Positions 26,940 through 42,423 of a stretch of DNA of 64,000 nucleotides are shown piece by piece. The notes under the pieces are model-generated. The model saw only the letters and a program-made list of their open reading frames with translations, had not been told where the DNA came from and did not search any database. The stretch is from Octopus sinensis (taxonomy: Eukaryota), in NCBI RefSeq assembly GCF_006345805.1, contig NC_043005.1, forward strand, positions 107,880,001 to 107,944,000, read 5' to 3'. The number at the start of each line of letters is the position of its first letter. Positions within the stretch are counted from its first letter, which is position 1. The position numbers and the translations under genes were made by a program.

Positions 26940-27630
26940 AAACCGAAGTGTGTTGAGTCGGGTGGGTACATGATGAGCTTTATTGTTGATTTGTCCTATC
27001 TAGGATTATATATTTCGATCTATATCAATTTACTTGTATAGTGGTTTCAAAAGCGCATTTTTATAAGGAATCCTATTTGTCAACGTAGGTAATTTTACAG
27101 ACAGATATTAAGAAATCGTTTTGGGGTATAATATATTTGATAATTGTGGAAAATCTTAGATAATAATTGTTACGTTTCGATAATGGAAAGCTATTGTGTC
27201 ATCGTTTGATTATTTCTGGAAAGTCAGACATAAGTGGGTGAGACATTGCCATGGTAAGCTGTTGGAAATATATATAGGTTTAAAATGTCTTAGAGCTTTG
27301 AAGATCTTATGTTCGCAAAAAGAGACTAATTCGTAGTTACCATTCGGTATATGGCTCCTTAATAAGAGTATATGATAGGTTTCATCGGTAGAGAGGTGAC
27401 AGAGATCGTTGTTTCTTTGGTATGGTGGTGCGGAAGACAAAACTTTCCAATTAATGTCAAAATGTGTTGTTGTGAACATGATCGTCCATATGAGTTTAGA
27501 TAGTGAAGTATTATTTTTCCTGTATCGGTTGTGAAAAGTATGCGTGTTAGTTATATCGTGGTTTGAACTGGATTGCCTTTCACCATTTTGGTGTTTTAGT
27601 GTTCGTGGTTACAGTGGCGCTATAAACGCT
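26940..27630 (-). mobile_element. Penelope-like element remnant (GIY-YIG endonuclease C-terminus and downstream region)
   Basis: Minus-strand pieces VYSATVTT, FKPRYN*H and KNNTSLSKLIWTI...FDINWKVLSSAPPY...LCHLSTDETYHIL...ELVSFCEHK follow the PLE pattern FK.RY.NH...T.LS..IW..WK...C.LC..E...EL.S.C.H. Confidence 0.75.
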
Positions 27631-27641
27631 AATGTCTCATA

Positions 27642-28537
27642 ACTGCATACTCACCATAAACTGACTTGTTCCTTTTTTTTCACAATTTTTGGTATGTATA
27701 TGTCAAGTCCCTTGGACCAATACAATTAATACATCGAAAACCTGTCACCAACATTGGATCACCAGTGTTGGTTAGCGGCATTGGATCATCAGGTTCTGTT
27801 TACCAGTCTTGGATCGAATGTGTATTGAGCTTTTTGCTTTTTTATTTCATGAAAATATTCGCACAAAGGACACAAACAATTTTATTACATACCAAACTGT
27901 TAACTGGTCTTATTAATAATCTGCTATTCTTCGGAATGATGTTTCTATGAAAAAAAGTTCTTCATGAAATACAATAGCAATAATGTAGCCTCTTTAACAG
28001 TGTTTTTCATGAATAGAACCAGTCCATATTAATTGCAAATAAGAAAACATAAATTCAGATTTTTTAAAAGCTTGACAGCTTCCGATTGTCATTCTAAAAT
28101 TTGGTATGTGATGGGTGATAGTATCTTTGACAAATCAGTCTTAATGTAGCAGTTTTACTACATAATATTACAACTTTCTTTAACGAATACCTGGGTGGGT
28201 CGAAATGTCATAACCTAATGATAGCACTGCTGAATTTATAGTTGTACCTCAATGGTAATGGCCGGAGATGCTATACCGAAAGTGGTGAAACAAATGCAAT
28301 GATCTGTGGCGATGACTAAACATTGATGAGCCAATACAGATTGTCTATTGGCGTTCAACCCAAATATTGACCCAGCAGAATACACTCAATTCTCTTGGTC
28401 CAGTGGTAGTGACTAAACACTAGTGATCCAGTGGTACTAACAAAATATCGATGTATTAATGGTATTGGGCCAGGGGACGTAACACATTTACACCAAAAAT
28501 TGCGACTAAAACAAGTTAGTTATGGTGTATATGCAGT
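27642..28537. mobile_element. Non-autonomous DNA transposon/foldback with long imperfect TIRs
   Basis: 27642-27770 (ACTGCATACTCACCATAAACTGACTTGTT...CAATTTTTGGT...ATTAATACATCGA...TGGATCACCAGTGTT) is approximately the reverse complement of 28415-28537. Confidence 0.75.
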
Positions 28538-28677
28538 AGTAGCACATTAACAATTTTTGCTATTGAATACTAAGTCAGCCCTGATCAAGCAAATATTTCA
28601 TCGAAAATATTTTCAATGTAACATCACTTAACTTTTCCAAACATAGAGTACCTTTGACCAAATAATTCAATAAGGCT

Positions 28678-28912
28678 TACCTATTTCTTTACTATCCACA
28701 AGGGGCTAATCAGAGAGGAGACAAACAAGGACAGACAAACAGATTAAGTCGATTACATCGACCCTAGTGCGTAACTGGTACTTAATTTATCGACGCTGAA
28801 AGGATGAAAGGTAAAGTCGACCTCGGCGGAATTTGAACTCAGAACGTAACGGCAGACGAAATACGGCTACGCATTTCGCCCGGCGTGCTAACGATTCTGC
28901 CAGCTCGCTGCT
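28678..28912 (-). mobile_element. SINE family B, full monomer with TSD
   Basis: Flanked by ATTCAATAAGGCTTACC at ~28664-28680 and ~28924-28940. Confidence 0.9.
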
Positions 28913-29312
28913 GGGTATGCCTTATTCAATAAGGCTTACCATCTTCAAGGTTCAGGCATTCGGACACAGTTGAGACGTTCACTTCTCACCAATGTGGGTT
29001 GAAGTTTAGTTGCACTGCACAAAACTTAAAGCGAGTATCCTCTGTTATAAACCTGAGCTCAGAATTGAGCTCAGGGTTATAATAGAAGACTTCTCTTGTG
29101 AGAGAATTTGGTAAATGGAAATTCGAAGAGGCCTGGTATTTCGTCTGATTTTCTTTTTGTTTTTACATCTGTTTTTCCAAGCTAGTATGGGTTAGATAGT
29201 TATATTATTGAGTCTTTGGTTTACAATCGAATACCCTTCCTCTTGCTGAACCTTACCCGTTTATCAAGCAAGGGATCATTTATTTACATATCTTGGAATG
29301 GTCCGATTTGCA

Positions 29313-30861
<1,549 letters not shown>

Positions 30862-31813
30862 GCGTAACATCACCACCTATAGGTCTCCACTACCCTTACT
30901 TCATCACCCAGTTTTCACCCATCACCCTCTACGCTCGATATCTCTTCACGGTCACTGGAACTGATAGAAATATCTGCTACATACCCCTCAAATTTAACCC
31001 TACCTTCTTAAAATAAGGAATGACATATTACTTATTGTGGTCGAAGAGATATACAAAAATACATAATGATCACAATTGGAATGTCTTAAGCAATAGATCG
31101 ATGATCTATTGATTGATAAAGATTGACTTGGAACTAAACAACATCACCAGCAACCCGTATGTACCTCTACATTATCACTCAACTTTTTAGAAATCTTACC
31201 TGAAGTCTCATCCTCCAATCTTAAATAAAAGAAGAAAATATATTGGGTAGGTAGTCTTAAATACACAATGCCATGGAAAACGATGGGAATAATCATAGCT
31301 GAAACATTTTTAGTATTGCTTGATCAACCAGAGATGAACTAATGTTAAAAATTAGACCAACACAACCTACAACATATCTATTATCACACCTTGTATTTTA
31401 CAAGAGTCTCCACCGCCACCGTTTTTTTGTCTTTCATTACTGTTGACTCCCCACCTGACTTCCGTCTCCACATTAATGCTTTAATGTAATGACATTTCAC
31501 AGAACAAATTTATCTCCAGAAATGTTGGAGCAAAGATATGCACTAGTTGTTACTGTCGATGCTGTTGCTGTTCTTTAACCCCAGGCCGGCTATGATTGAT
31601 GACATTCATTATCAAATATGTTCCAGCTCCGACCATATCCTATCCTTTAATCTGACGTAACTTGAATTATCTTCAACTTGTCCCTTCTTTGTTAAGATAG
31701 TAAGGTGTTATTTTAATATTTCTCGCAAGGAAAGTAACCAGTTAGCAGTTTCCACTTTGGACTTGAGATATCCAGATGTCTATATCTCAAGGAACAGAGG
31801 CAATAAATAAAAG

Positions 31814-31848
<35 letters not shown>

Positions 31849-32149
31849 TAGCAGAAATATCGCCCTCTAGGCGGTTTTCTGCTAGCTACTTAGTAGTATT
31901 TTCGCATTTGATTCCCATTTCTGATAATTTTTATATTTTACGCTTAATTAATTCTTTGTATAATAGTGCACATTTGCGTAGTAAATATTGTTTTCATTAT
32001 TTTATCACAGTCATAATTTCTCCTTTTTAAATAAACATCACGGTAGTCCAACAACAAAGGGGGAAAGTGTTTGTCAAGTTTTACCTTCCACTCAAGGCAA
32101 CGACAGAGATTTCAATTCAGCAGCCCATCTGTAAGCTTTGCAGTGTGTG

Positions 32150-32194
<45 letters not shown>

Positions 32195-32654
32195 ACATTG
32201 CGAACAATGAATGAAATAAACATGAAATGAAAAGATCGTATAAATAAAAGGGCACTACTACAGATGTATACGCCCCCGATTTTGTTGCCTCAAAACATCC
32301 AGAAAAATGGATACATTTTAAAAAATGTTCTTCAAATACTGCTTATATGCTGAGGCTTTGGAGTATATAGGGATTTATGGGAAAGAAATTTTACTAGGAG
32401 AGCGGAGTTTCGGACAATTCACACAATCTGATGTTTTTCCCTTATAACTTCAGGAAGAAGTTATAATGAAACTGATTATAATTTTCAACAGAGAGCAGTG
32501 AAACACGGCGTTGAATTTATTAACACAAAAGATGGTAACCACACATAACAACTTGAAAAAAAAGCACATGGGCTTGTGTAAAATAAGGGAAGTTTATTGC
32601 TTTTGTAATTATTATTGTCGCTATTTTTGTTATTGTCATCCTTGTATTGACTCT

Positions 32655-33073
32655 TGCTCTTTACTCTTTTACTTGTTTCAGTCATTTGACTGCGGCCATG
32701 CTGGAGCACCGCCTTTAGCCGAGCAAATCGACCCCGGGACTTATTCTTTGTAAGCCCAGTACTTATTCTATCGGTCTCTTTTGCCGAACCGCTAAGTAAC
32801 GGGGACGTAAACACACCAGCATCGGTTGTCAAGCAATGCTAGGGGGACAAAGACAGACACACAAACACATACACGCACACACACACATATATATATATAT
32901 ACATATATACGACAGGCTTCTTTCAGTTTCCGTCTACCAAATCCACTCACAAGGCTTTGGTCGGCCCGGGGCTATAGCGGAAGACACTTGCCCAAGATGC
33001 CACGCAGTGGGACTGAACCCGGAACCATGTGGCTGGTTAGCAAGCTACTTACCACACAGCCACTCCTGCGCCA
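32655..33073 (-). mobile_element. SINE family A, full length
   Basis: Colinear with other copies. Confidence 0.92.
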
Positions 33074-33542
33074 TAACTGATTACGTTTCTTTAATTTTTA
33101 CTTAAATCTGTCGTTTTTCTACCTCACCGACCGCCTGTTTGTGAGGTTTTATTGCTATTTGGGAAGACGTGTACTTCTATTTCGTTTAAGTATAGTCATT
33201 TTGAAATTTGTCCATTCTATGAAATTATAATTTTTTCTGGAAAGAAATTGGTGCAGAGCCATTTTATTATAATATTTAACAGAACGAAGCATAAGAGTGA
33301 AAAAGTAAAAACAAAATAACATAAAGCCAGATAATGATGACATTACAGCAGCTTCACCACCAACAACAACAACAAAACCACATAGAAAAGGAGAAAAGGA
33401 GAAAAAAATAACAAAAAACAAGAATGTGTTTTCAAGCTTGGTAGTCTCGAGAGAGATAAAGTACATTCATAACGACATCTTCAATACTAATAAAGTACTC
33501 CCACCCCTTTTTCCTCACCGCCATCATCATCAGCAGCAGCAG

Positions 33543-33731
33543 CCGTTCAAGAATTTGGACCTGGAGATCTCCATTTCCAGCGACTTCGAGGGCCACCTCC
33601 CAATGGTGTCGGGCGTCAACGAAGAGCCCTCGACTACAACAAGACGACCAAAGTTTTTTTTCCAAGTTTGGGGTCTCCCGTCCCTAAGCCCTAGACCATC
33701 ACCTAATCACCCTTACCCATCTTGTTGCTTA
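33543..33731 (+). mobile_element. Structured element X, copy 2
   Basis: Matches 10919-11110(-). (CAT)(CAG) repeats upstream, (AAC)(AGC) repeats downstream. Confidence 0.8.
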
Positions 33732-34099
33732 ACAACAAACAACAGCAGCAGCAGCAGCAACAGCACCTTCACCACCACCACCACCACCACCAGCATCACT
33801 AATATTGCCATTGCTACATTCACTCCGGATTCTGAAAAACACCACCGCCACATCATTAGTAAGACGACAGCCACAAATCACAACGACACTAATAAAGTTG
33901 ATGCTACTTTCACCCCTGTGCCGTATTTTCTATGCCAGTCACATTCACCAGCAGCATCACACACACACAAAAGCTAGCTCATTTGCAAAAAGTATCCAAA
34001 CCAAAGTGTTCAGTATATAATTCAGGACGAGAAACCCGTCACGTTGAGACGAGCAATACGATTCGTCAATTTAAAAAAAGGAAAAGTTTTGTTGCTACC

Positions 34100-35184
34100 A
34101 TGAGACCTTTTCAGGAAAGCAGCCAGGAGAACTGTTGTAAACCGCCATTAAGAATCAGTGACAAGAAAAGTCACCGATGCCTCAAAGTATTTGAGAAAAA
34201 TTATATACCTCTGCCTTCGAAAGGACGTGAGTGGACCAAATCTACCGTCACAACAAGAAGTAGGAAAAGTAACTCAGGACATCTTTGGAAAAATTTTATC
34301 GATCAAAAAAGCGACAAGTTATAGTACTACCTGCTGTACCTTCAAAACAGAAGACTCGGCCAAAACACGGGCTGAAATTGTCAGACATATCTCCAACAAC
34401 TAGCATAGATAGAGTGCATTCCGCGCGGGGTGACACTTCTGTTTGCCGTCCCTGGACCCCACAAAAAGACACATATTGTCTGCAGCAGACCCAAAAGTGC
34501 CGCCCGGGGTGGGGACTGTCCCTGCCACCCCGCTCCCTAGCTACGCCAGTGTCTCCAACCATACATTTATGCACCAATACACGGAGCAAGGAAATACAAG
34601 AGGCTGAGGTATGTCTAGTCGTCAGTTTTGTATTGTAATATTGATGAATAATTAGAGCAGAGGAACCAAAAAGTAACAGGTAATCAAAGGGGCGTGTAAA
34701 TGGAATTACATGTCCAAATAACCTCTCAAAACCACAAAAGCTATGCTGGAAGTGTGTCTATTAGAATGTGCCAGAAGACAGAGCAGAGATTAACGATGCA
34801 GAACAAAAATTCTAGTTGCTTCGTCTTAGTAAAAGCATTTCAGAGCTGAACACTTTGACGAACTCGCAAAAGGAAAAGAGTTGGTGGATGGGGGGAGAAA
34901 GAAAGAGCGAAAGGAAAATAACGATCACCTCCTGAAACAACACAATGCTATTAGCCCCCAGTACCAGAACAACATCAGCCAAAACTCTGGTGATAACTAA
35001 AGGAATTTCTTTATGCGTTGTATTAGGAATATATAAGCAAACAACTCGTTTTCTGACAACAGTGGCAACCAGTAGTGCCATTCCATCATACAACGAAGAA
35101 GAAATAATAGTTTCTGATGAAAATCTAAAAATTGAAAGCATGAAAGGAGAAAGTAGCAATTTCGAAAGAGAAGACTCAGAATAA
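34100..35184 (+). pseudogene. Highly decayed LINE ORF1-like remnant, apparently related to the 12621-13545 ORF1
   Basis: LSIKKATSYSTTCCTFKTEDSAK aligns by eye with KFISRGTKFATIWWLFDTPEEAG, and IYAPIHGARKYKR with LFLPTYCGRKIRR. Multiple stops and frameshifts. Confidence 0.45.
34398..34551. mobile_element. hAT-like MITE
   Basis: 8-bp TSD TCTCCAAC (34390-34397, 34552-34559). 15-bp imperfect TIRs AACTAGCATAGATAG / CTAGCTACGCCAGTG. Confidence 0.7.
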
Positions 35185-35525
35185 AACAAGGCAAAATGGT
35201 TTGGAGGAGCAATTTTTTCAACGAACAACGGTAACGCGCATCTATGGATAATCGGATATTGATTGATTTTCGTTACGTTACCCTCTGCCTGGATGAATAT
35301 GATTCAAGTATTATGGTTTCTCTAGAAGACCTTTTTTTAAGTAGAAGAAATGGCTTAGATTTTGGCTGCTATTTCTGAACTTCGGTATGTGGTGATGCAT
35401 TTCTTTTGCTGATCCCTTAATATTAGTATTACTAGAATTTACCGTATAACGGTCCTGTTTTCATACCGAATTCTACTTGGTGAAATTTATTGATTACTTC
35501 GTAATTAATTAGTTTTACCCTTAAT

Positions 35526-35592
<67 letters not shown>

Positions 35593-36416
35593 TGTATGTA
35601 TACATATATACAACAGGCTTCTTTCAGTTTCTGTCTACCAAATCCACTTACAAGGCTTTGGTCGGCCCAAGGCTATAGTAGAAGACACTTGCCCAAGGTG
35701 CTACGCAGTGGGACTGAACCCGGAACCATGTGGTTGGTAAGCAAACTACTTATCACACAGCCACTACTACGCCTAAAAATTTTAACATTTATTTCCTTTT
35801 AACTATATCTTCTTTTAATTATTGTTTGAATTATCATTGTTTTTTTTATAATTATCTATCCAAATACGGGTTTTAAAATCTTAAAACATCCATTTCTTAT
35901 ATACCATATTTGTTAACTTGTCTTTGCACTCCACTTTGTTTGTACTCCTGGTTGAATATTTCATGTTTTTGTATTTCTTCGACCCCTTGCAGCTAGTAAA
36001 ATTGGAGGCAATTAGAAATGGCCTTACTGAAAATGTGCTTGTCGTAAGAATAGCCTTCAGCCATCTCTTCGTTACAAAACACAAAGACTGCATTGTCAAT
36101 GATAGAGTTTGTGTGCTAAATCAAGGAGAAATGAAAACTGTTTAATGGGTTTGGATCGTGGCAGTGTGGTGTAGCAACAAAGCCACAATTCAATCTTTGC
36201 AAGATCAGGATGAATGTGTGCTACAAGGTTCCAAGCAAATTTGTGTGGCTTCTCAGCAGCCCTTTGCTCTATTCTTCCATATAGATACGGATGCGCAAAA
36301 CAAATTCTGCAGTCATAGCTGAAATTCATTTTATAAAAGACCTGCAAAACCAGTCTAGACCTAGGGCTAGATGAAAGCAGCAACAAAATGGCAGTAATGG
36401 TATGTTTAGCAGCTAT

Positions 36417-36653
36417 AAGGCGGCGAGCTGGCAGAATCATTAGCACGGTGGACGACATGCTTAGCAGTACTTCGTCTGCCACTATGTTCTGAGATCAAAT
36501 TCCACCGAGGTCGACTTTGCCTTTCATCCTTTCGGGGTCTATTAAATAAGTACCAGTTACGCACTGGAGTTGATGTAATCGACTTAATCTGTTTGTCTGT
36601 CCTTGTTTGTCCCCTCTGTGCTTAGCCCCTTGAGGGTAGTAAAGAAATAGGTA
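36417..36653 (+). mobile_element. SINE family B, full monomer with TSD
   Basis: Flanked by GGTATGTTTAGCAGCTAT (36399-36416 and 36650-36667). Confidence 0.92.
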
Positions 36654-36682
36654 TGTTTAGCAGCTATGCAAATGACTGAAAC

Positions 36683-37060
36683 AGGTGCAATAGTGACTGT
36701 GTGGCAAGTAGCTTGCTTACCAACCACATGGTTTTGGGTTCAGTCCCACTGCGTGGCACCTTGGGCAAGTGTCTTTTACTATAGCCTCGGGCCGACCAAA
36801 GCCTTGTGAGTGGATTTGGTAGACGGAAATATATATATATATGTATGTGTGTGTATATGTTTCTTTGTCTGTGATTGTTCCCCTAACATCGCTTGACAAC
36901 CGATGCTGGTGTGTTTACGTCCCCGTAACTTAGTGGTTCGGCAAAAAGAGACCGATAGAATAAGTACTAGGCTTACAATGAATAAGTCCTGGGGTCGATT
37001 GGCTCGACTAAAGGCGGTGCTCCAGCATGGCCGCAGTCAAATTACTAAAACAAATAAAAT
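36683..37060 (+). mobile_element. SINE family A (opposite-strand 5' half at 35610-35773)
   Basis: Colinear with other copies. Confidence 0.88.
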
Positions 37061-38051
37061 AAAAACATATGCAACAGTGGAAGACATACGGGCATTTATG
37101 GTGTTCTGCAGTGAATATGATTCTCCTGAGAAGTTACATTAACAGTTGGTTTTCATCAATATAGGGATATAATGGACTGTGATGGAAGCTAAAGGTTAAA
37201 TCTTTTACATTACAATGTCCACTATTGCCTGACCATTACTCTACAACAATCACACAAACAAACATTTATATACATACAAATATATGTATATAAATGTACA
37301 CATATATATATTTGTGCATGTGTATATATGTAAACACATATACATATATGTGTGTGTGTGTTTTTGAGTGTGTATGTATGTGTATACATATTTATGATAT
37401 ACAGGTCAATATATATATAATAAATATATATATTTGTGTGTGTGTATGTGTATGCAAAAATACATGCTAATATTTGGCCCTTTTTTGTCTTTCTCACTCT
37501 CTTTCACTCTCTCTCACCCATCCCTCTTTTGCTCTCTCAGTTCTTCTGCTCCCCTCCACACCAAGGAATTCTCAACCTTTGGGAGATAGGAAAACGAAAA
37601 ATGAAAAACAAACAAAAGAAATCAAATAACCATGAAATATATAATAAATAAACATATATACATAATTGATGAATAAAACAATAAAAGAATTTACACACAC
37701 ATACACTCACACACACACACACACACACACACGCACATACATGCATACGGATATACATACATAAGTATGTATATTCGTATGCATGTGTGTGTTTGTAGTA
37801 GACATAAAATAAATATTGTGATACAATGATGTAAATAAAAAAAAACAATACAATGAATAATAAAAGAGATCAATTATTATCTGTGAGGGTGAACTTAATT
37901 TTAGTAATTAGTCTCTTGACTTAGAGTTAAGTTGATAATGAGGACTTGATGCCAAATATCAATAAATTAGTTTTACATTGTTAATATAGTAAATGGAACA
38001 AAAAAATATTGTTATCTTCGTAGGTGGTGGCTGCTGCTGTTGTTGTTGTAG

Positions 38052-38083
<32 letters not shown>

Positions 38084-38259
38084 GGTGGTGGTGGGAATCT
38101 AGGAGTTGTGGTTCATGTTGTTGATGAAGGCATTGATGATAGTAGAGGTGATGGTCGTGGTAGTGGTATTGGCTTTGCTTAAGATAGTGATTATGCTGCT
38201 GTTGTCTTCTTCTTTTTCTTCTTCTTCTTCTTCTTCTTCTTCTTCTTCTTCTTCTTCTT

Positions 38260-38748
38260 CCAATCAGGACTCACGCCATTAGCCACAAAGAATAATCTCT
38301 AATTCGAGCCTACTCTAAGCTACTAAGAATACATGTAGTAACTTGAAGATCCACCCACCACACACGATAGGCTGGCAGTTGCACGGGCATGAAAGCTACG
38401 TTGTTATCCTCATTCTGCAAACGGTGGCTTTTAACGGGTGGAGAGCTCAACCATCCTGGAGTACAGAGGATTCGCAATCTAGACTAGGGTATGAAAGTTT
38501 ACCACACCGTAGTGGGTTACACCATGGTTCCTCTGCTTCATGACAGAAGTAGGAAGAAAGAGTGAGAGAAAGTTGTGGTGAAAGAGTACAGTGGAGTTCA
38601 CCCATCACCCCCGCCCCCCGCCAGAGCCTCTCGTGGAGCTTAGGCGTTTTTGCTCAATAAACACTCACAATACCCAGTCTGGGAATTGAAACCGCATTCT
38701 TACAAGCGCGAGTCCGCTGCCCTAACCACTCGACCATTGCGCCTCCAC
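38260..38748 (-). mobile_element. SINE family C, tail type 2 ending in (GAA)n
   Basis: Head and body match family C up to ...CTCTTTCTTCCT. A different ~290-bp segment and (AAG)n follow. Confidence 0.75.
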
Positions 38749-38780
38749 TTGCTGTTGTTGTTTCTGCGGCTATTGTTGTT

Positions 38781-38935
38781 AAGCAACAAGACGGGTAAGG
38801 GTGATTAGGTGATGGTCTAGGGCTTAGGGGCAGGAGACCCCAGACCTTGGAAAAAAAAACTTTGGCCATCTTGTTGTAGTTGAGGGCTCTTTGTTCATGC
38901 CTGACACCACTGGGAGGTGGACCTCGAAGTCGCTG
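38781..38935 (-). mobile_element. Structured element X, copy 3 (5' truncated)
   Basis: Matches copies 1 and 2 from CAGCGACTTCGAGG onward. Confidence 0.8.
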
Positions 38936-40396
38936 CTGATAGTGTTTGTAGTGATAACGTTGCTGTTGCTGTTCTTGTTGTCTCTCGTAGTGATCTTGGT
39001 GTTGTTTTTCATGTAGATGTTCATCAATGTCAGGCAATGGACTGAGTATACCACACATTAAATTAATGGTTGGTGTACTTGTACTTGATAAGACACATGC
39101 AAGCTAGGTAAAATTGCAGTCTTTGATGCATACAGGCTAGTCCTTTCAGGTGCCAGTGCCACTTAAAAAGCACCTGTGTCAGTGCTGTGGCACATAAAAT
39201 GCACTCAGCATGCTCTGTTAAGTGCTTTGTGTTAGAAAGGTCATCCACTTGTAGAAACCATGCCATAACAGACAGCCAGACAGCTGGAGTCTGGACAGTT
39301 CCCTGCTAGCCAGCTTCATGTCAAACCATCCAACCCATACCAGCACGGAATGCAGATGCTAAACGATGATGATGATGGCGATGTTGATGATGATGGCTTA
39401 GCACATTGCCCAGCTTAGAACCACCATCTGGCACTTGTGGTACCTTTAGAAAAATCCCTTCTGTTGCAAATATTTGCTCCAGGACCCTGGTCGAAGAATA
39501 CATTTAGCAGCCTCCAATCCTGGTGGATTGGAGGCTGCTAAATGTTTAAGGGTTTTTTCACTTTCCCTGCAAACTAAAAGTAATAAGAAAACACATACAC
39601 ATGCACACACACTGTCTATAATGAACAAATAAACATTACTCAACACATGACTTAAAGTATAACAAACAGAAATTATGAAGTAAATAGTTATATCAAGGAT
39701 ATGTATTCTGGGTGCATTAGACAACCACTGTTCACCAAGAAAACATGGAACATTTTCTTCTTAATAATTCTGTTCTTGCAGTATCATGATATAACCTGGC
39801 TGTAATATATTCTCAAATCTAATAATGTGCCACTCAGAAACAAAAATTATGTCAGGTTGAAGTTGTATTATGTACAGAAATAGTCAAAGTTTGTATGATT
39901 ATACTTATGTACAGTGAGGGTGCATGACCAAGTGGTTAGAGAGTGGTTTCCATTCCTGAACTGGGTGGTGTGTAGTGTTCTTGAGCAAAATTCATCATCT
40001 CCTGTTACTCTACAATCTATCAATTACTCTCTCTCTCTCTCTCTCTTCCATCGCTCCTTCTACATAACTCATTATTGACATCCATCAGTCCTACACTCTT
40101 ACAATCACTCAACTTCGTTCCTATAAATTCCTCTCTCTCTCTACCCGTCACTCTTTCTCTTTATCTCTCTTTCTCTCACTCCTTCTTGCCCCCACTCTCT
40201 CTCTCTTTCACAGACACACACACACATACCCATTTTCATTACTCCCTCATCTATAACCCTGTTTCCGTCCTAAAACCTCCCTTCTGCCTCTGCTTCTCTC
40301 TCTTCTTCCTTTATGCTACTCACTCTCTTTCAAGTGCATCTCTTAATCAACAATCATTATTCAGTTTTTATCAATCTTCCTCTCACTTTTTCTATA

Positions 40397-40447
<51 letters not shown>

Positions 40448-40953
40448 CGTCACTCTCCTCATTTTCTCCCTCTGGTTCTCTTTCATCACTCTTGCTCCTA
40501 TCTATCAGGAATGAAGCAGACTTCAGTTGCAGACAAACAAATGAAGGCAATGTTGGGTAGAAAGGATTCTTTAAGCCCTTCTCAGGGTAAGACAACCTCT
40601 CTAGTGCAGTCACCACCAAAGTGCACCCAGTACACTCTGTAAATTGGGAAGAAAAAAAACAAAGGTAGGGTTGATGGTACCTTTAATCTTGAAAAAGACG
40701 TGACAGCATTTGTAGTATAGAGACCATGATACAAATATAACTTACCCAATGCACTCTGTATAAAGTGGTTAGAAGTAGAGAGAGAAATTATGCCAGAAAT
40801 AGAGCATGTGAGTGATACGCAGACTCCAACCAATTCTTAAGAGCAAACACTCTGAAGGAGAATTAACTCAATCTGTTTATAACCTGTTCAACCCATGCCA
40901 GCATGGGAAAATAGATTCAAAAGGATGTTTGTGATTATATATGTATGTATATA

Positions 40954-41013
<60 letters not shown>

Positions 41014-41163
41014 TATATATATATATATAATTATATATATATATATATATGTATATATATGTGTGTATGTATATATATATATATATATGTGTATGTGTTA
41101 TATATATATGAATATAAAAATATATATATACATATATATATATGTATACATACATATATATAT

Positions 41164-41218
<55 letters not shown>

Positions 41219-42016
41219 ATGTATGTACACAGCCACACACACGAATGTATGTATATACACACATATATTCATACTTATATACATGCAACCAATGAAGTGT
41301 TTAGATAAACAGTATGAAGAAATGTTTGTATGTAACCAGGCTATACTAAGTGATAAGTTAATTATTAATCTGTTATGGCTTTAATCATTATTGCACTCCC
41401 TCGTGTAGAACCTTATAATAAGGGATAAAACCTCTGTAGATAAGGGCGCCATCTGGGATTAGATGTGATATGATTACTTGCCTATTATTCTATCAGTTTG
41501 CTTGCTGATAAATACCGTAAATAGTTATCAATGTGTTTCATACGCTAAAGTATCTAGAAATATCCATCCATATTTTATAGCGATGTAAAAATCTCTTTCT
41601 TAGCTAGACATCATCATCATCGTTTATATAATTATTATTCTTGTTGTTGCTAGTTGTATCTTTTTCTTTTATTGTCCTTGCTGACTCTAATGTTTACAAT
41701 TTACAATTTAGCCGCAGAAATATTTGCTGACCAAAGACCAAATTGAATAACGCAACTCGTGTTTCTTTTTATTCCAATACAAATGGGTAGATATAAAGAT
41801 AAACACAATCTCTCATATAATATACTTGCGTATGCATATGTGAATGTTCATAGGTTTCTATGTATGTATCTTCTTTTGTATATCTGTATACACACAAAAT
41901 ACAAACATACATGTGAGTGTATCTGTGTGTGCATGTGTATATGTATATACAAAAATATACAAGTATATCTGTATAATACATGCATTATATATATATACAT
42001 GCATATATATACATAT

Positions 42017-42085
<69 letters not shown>

Positions 42086-42101
42086 CACTATATATATTAT
42101 A

Positions 42102-42152
<51 letters not shown>

Positions 42153-42155
42153 AAT

Positions 42156-42201
<46 letters not shown>

Positions 42202-42279
42202 GTATATATATATATTATATATATATATATATATCTTGTTTTATCTTGGCTATTGAATAATTGTCACATATTATTTTGC

Positions 42280-42356
<77 letters not shown>

Positions 42357-42387
42357 CTATATATATATATGTACATATATATATATG

Positions 42388-42423
<36 letters not shown>

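Noticed and set aside
35990-36345. Exon-like frames on both strands (LVKLEAIRNGLTENVLV; VFYKMNFSYDCRIC...)
   Set aside because: No recognisable domain. The listed ORF start lies inside a SINE.
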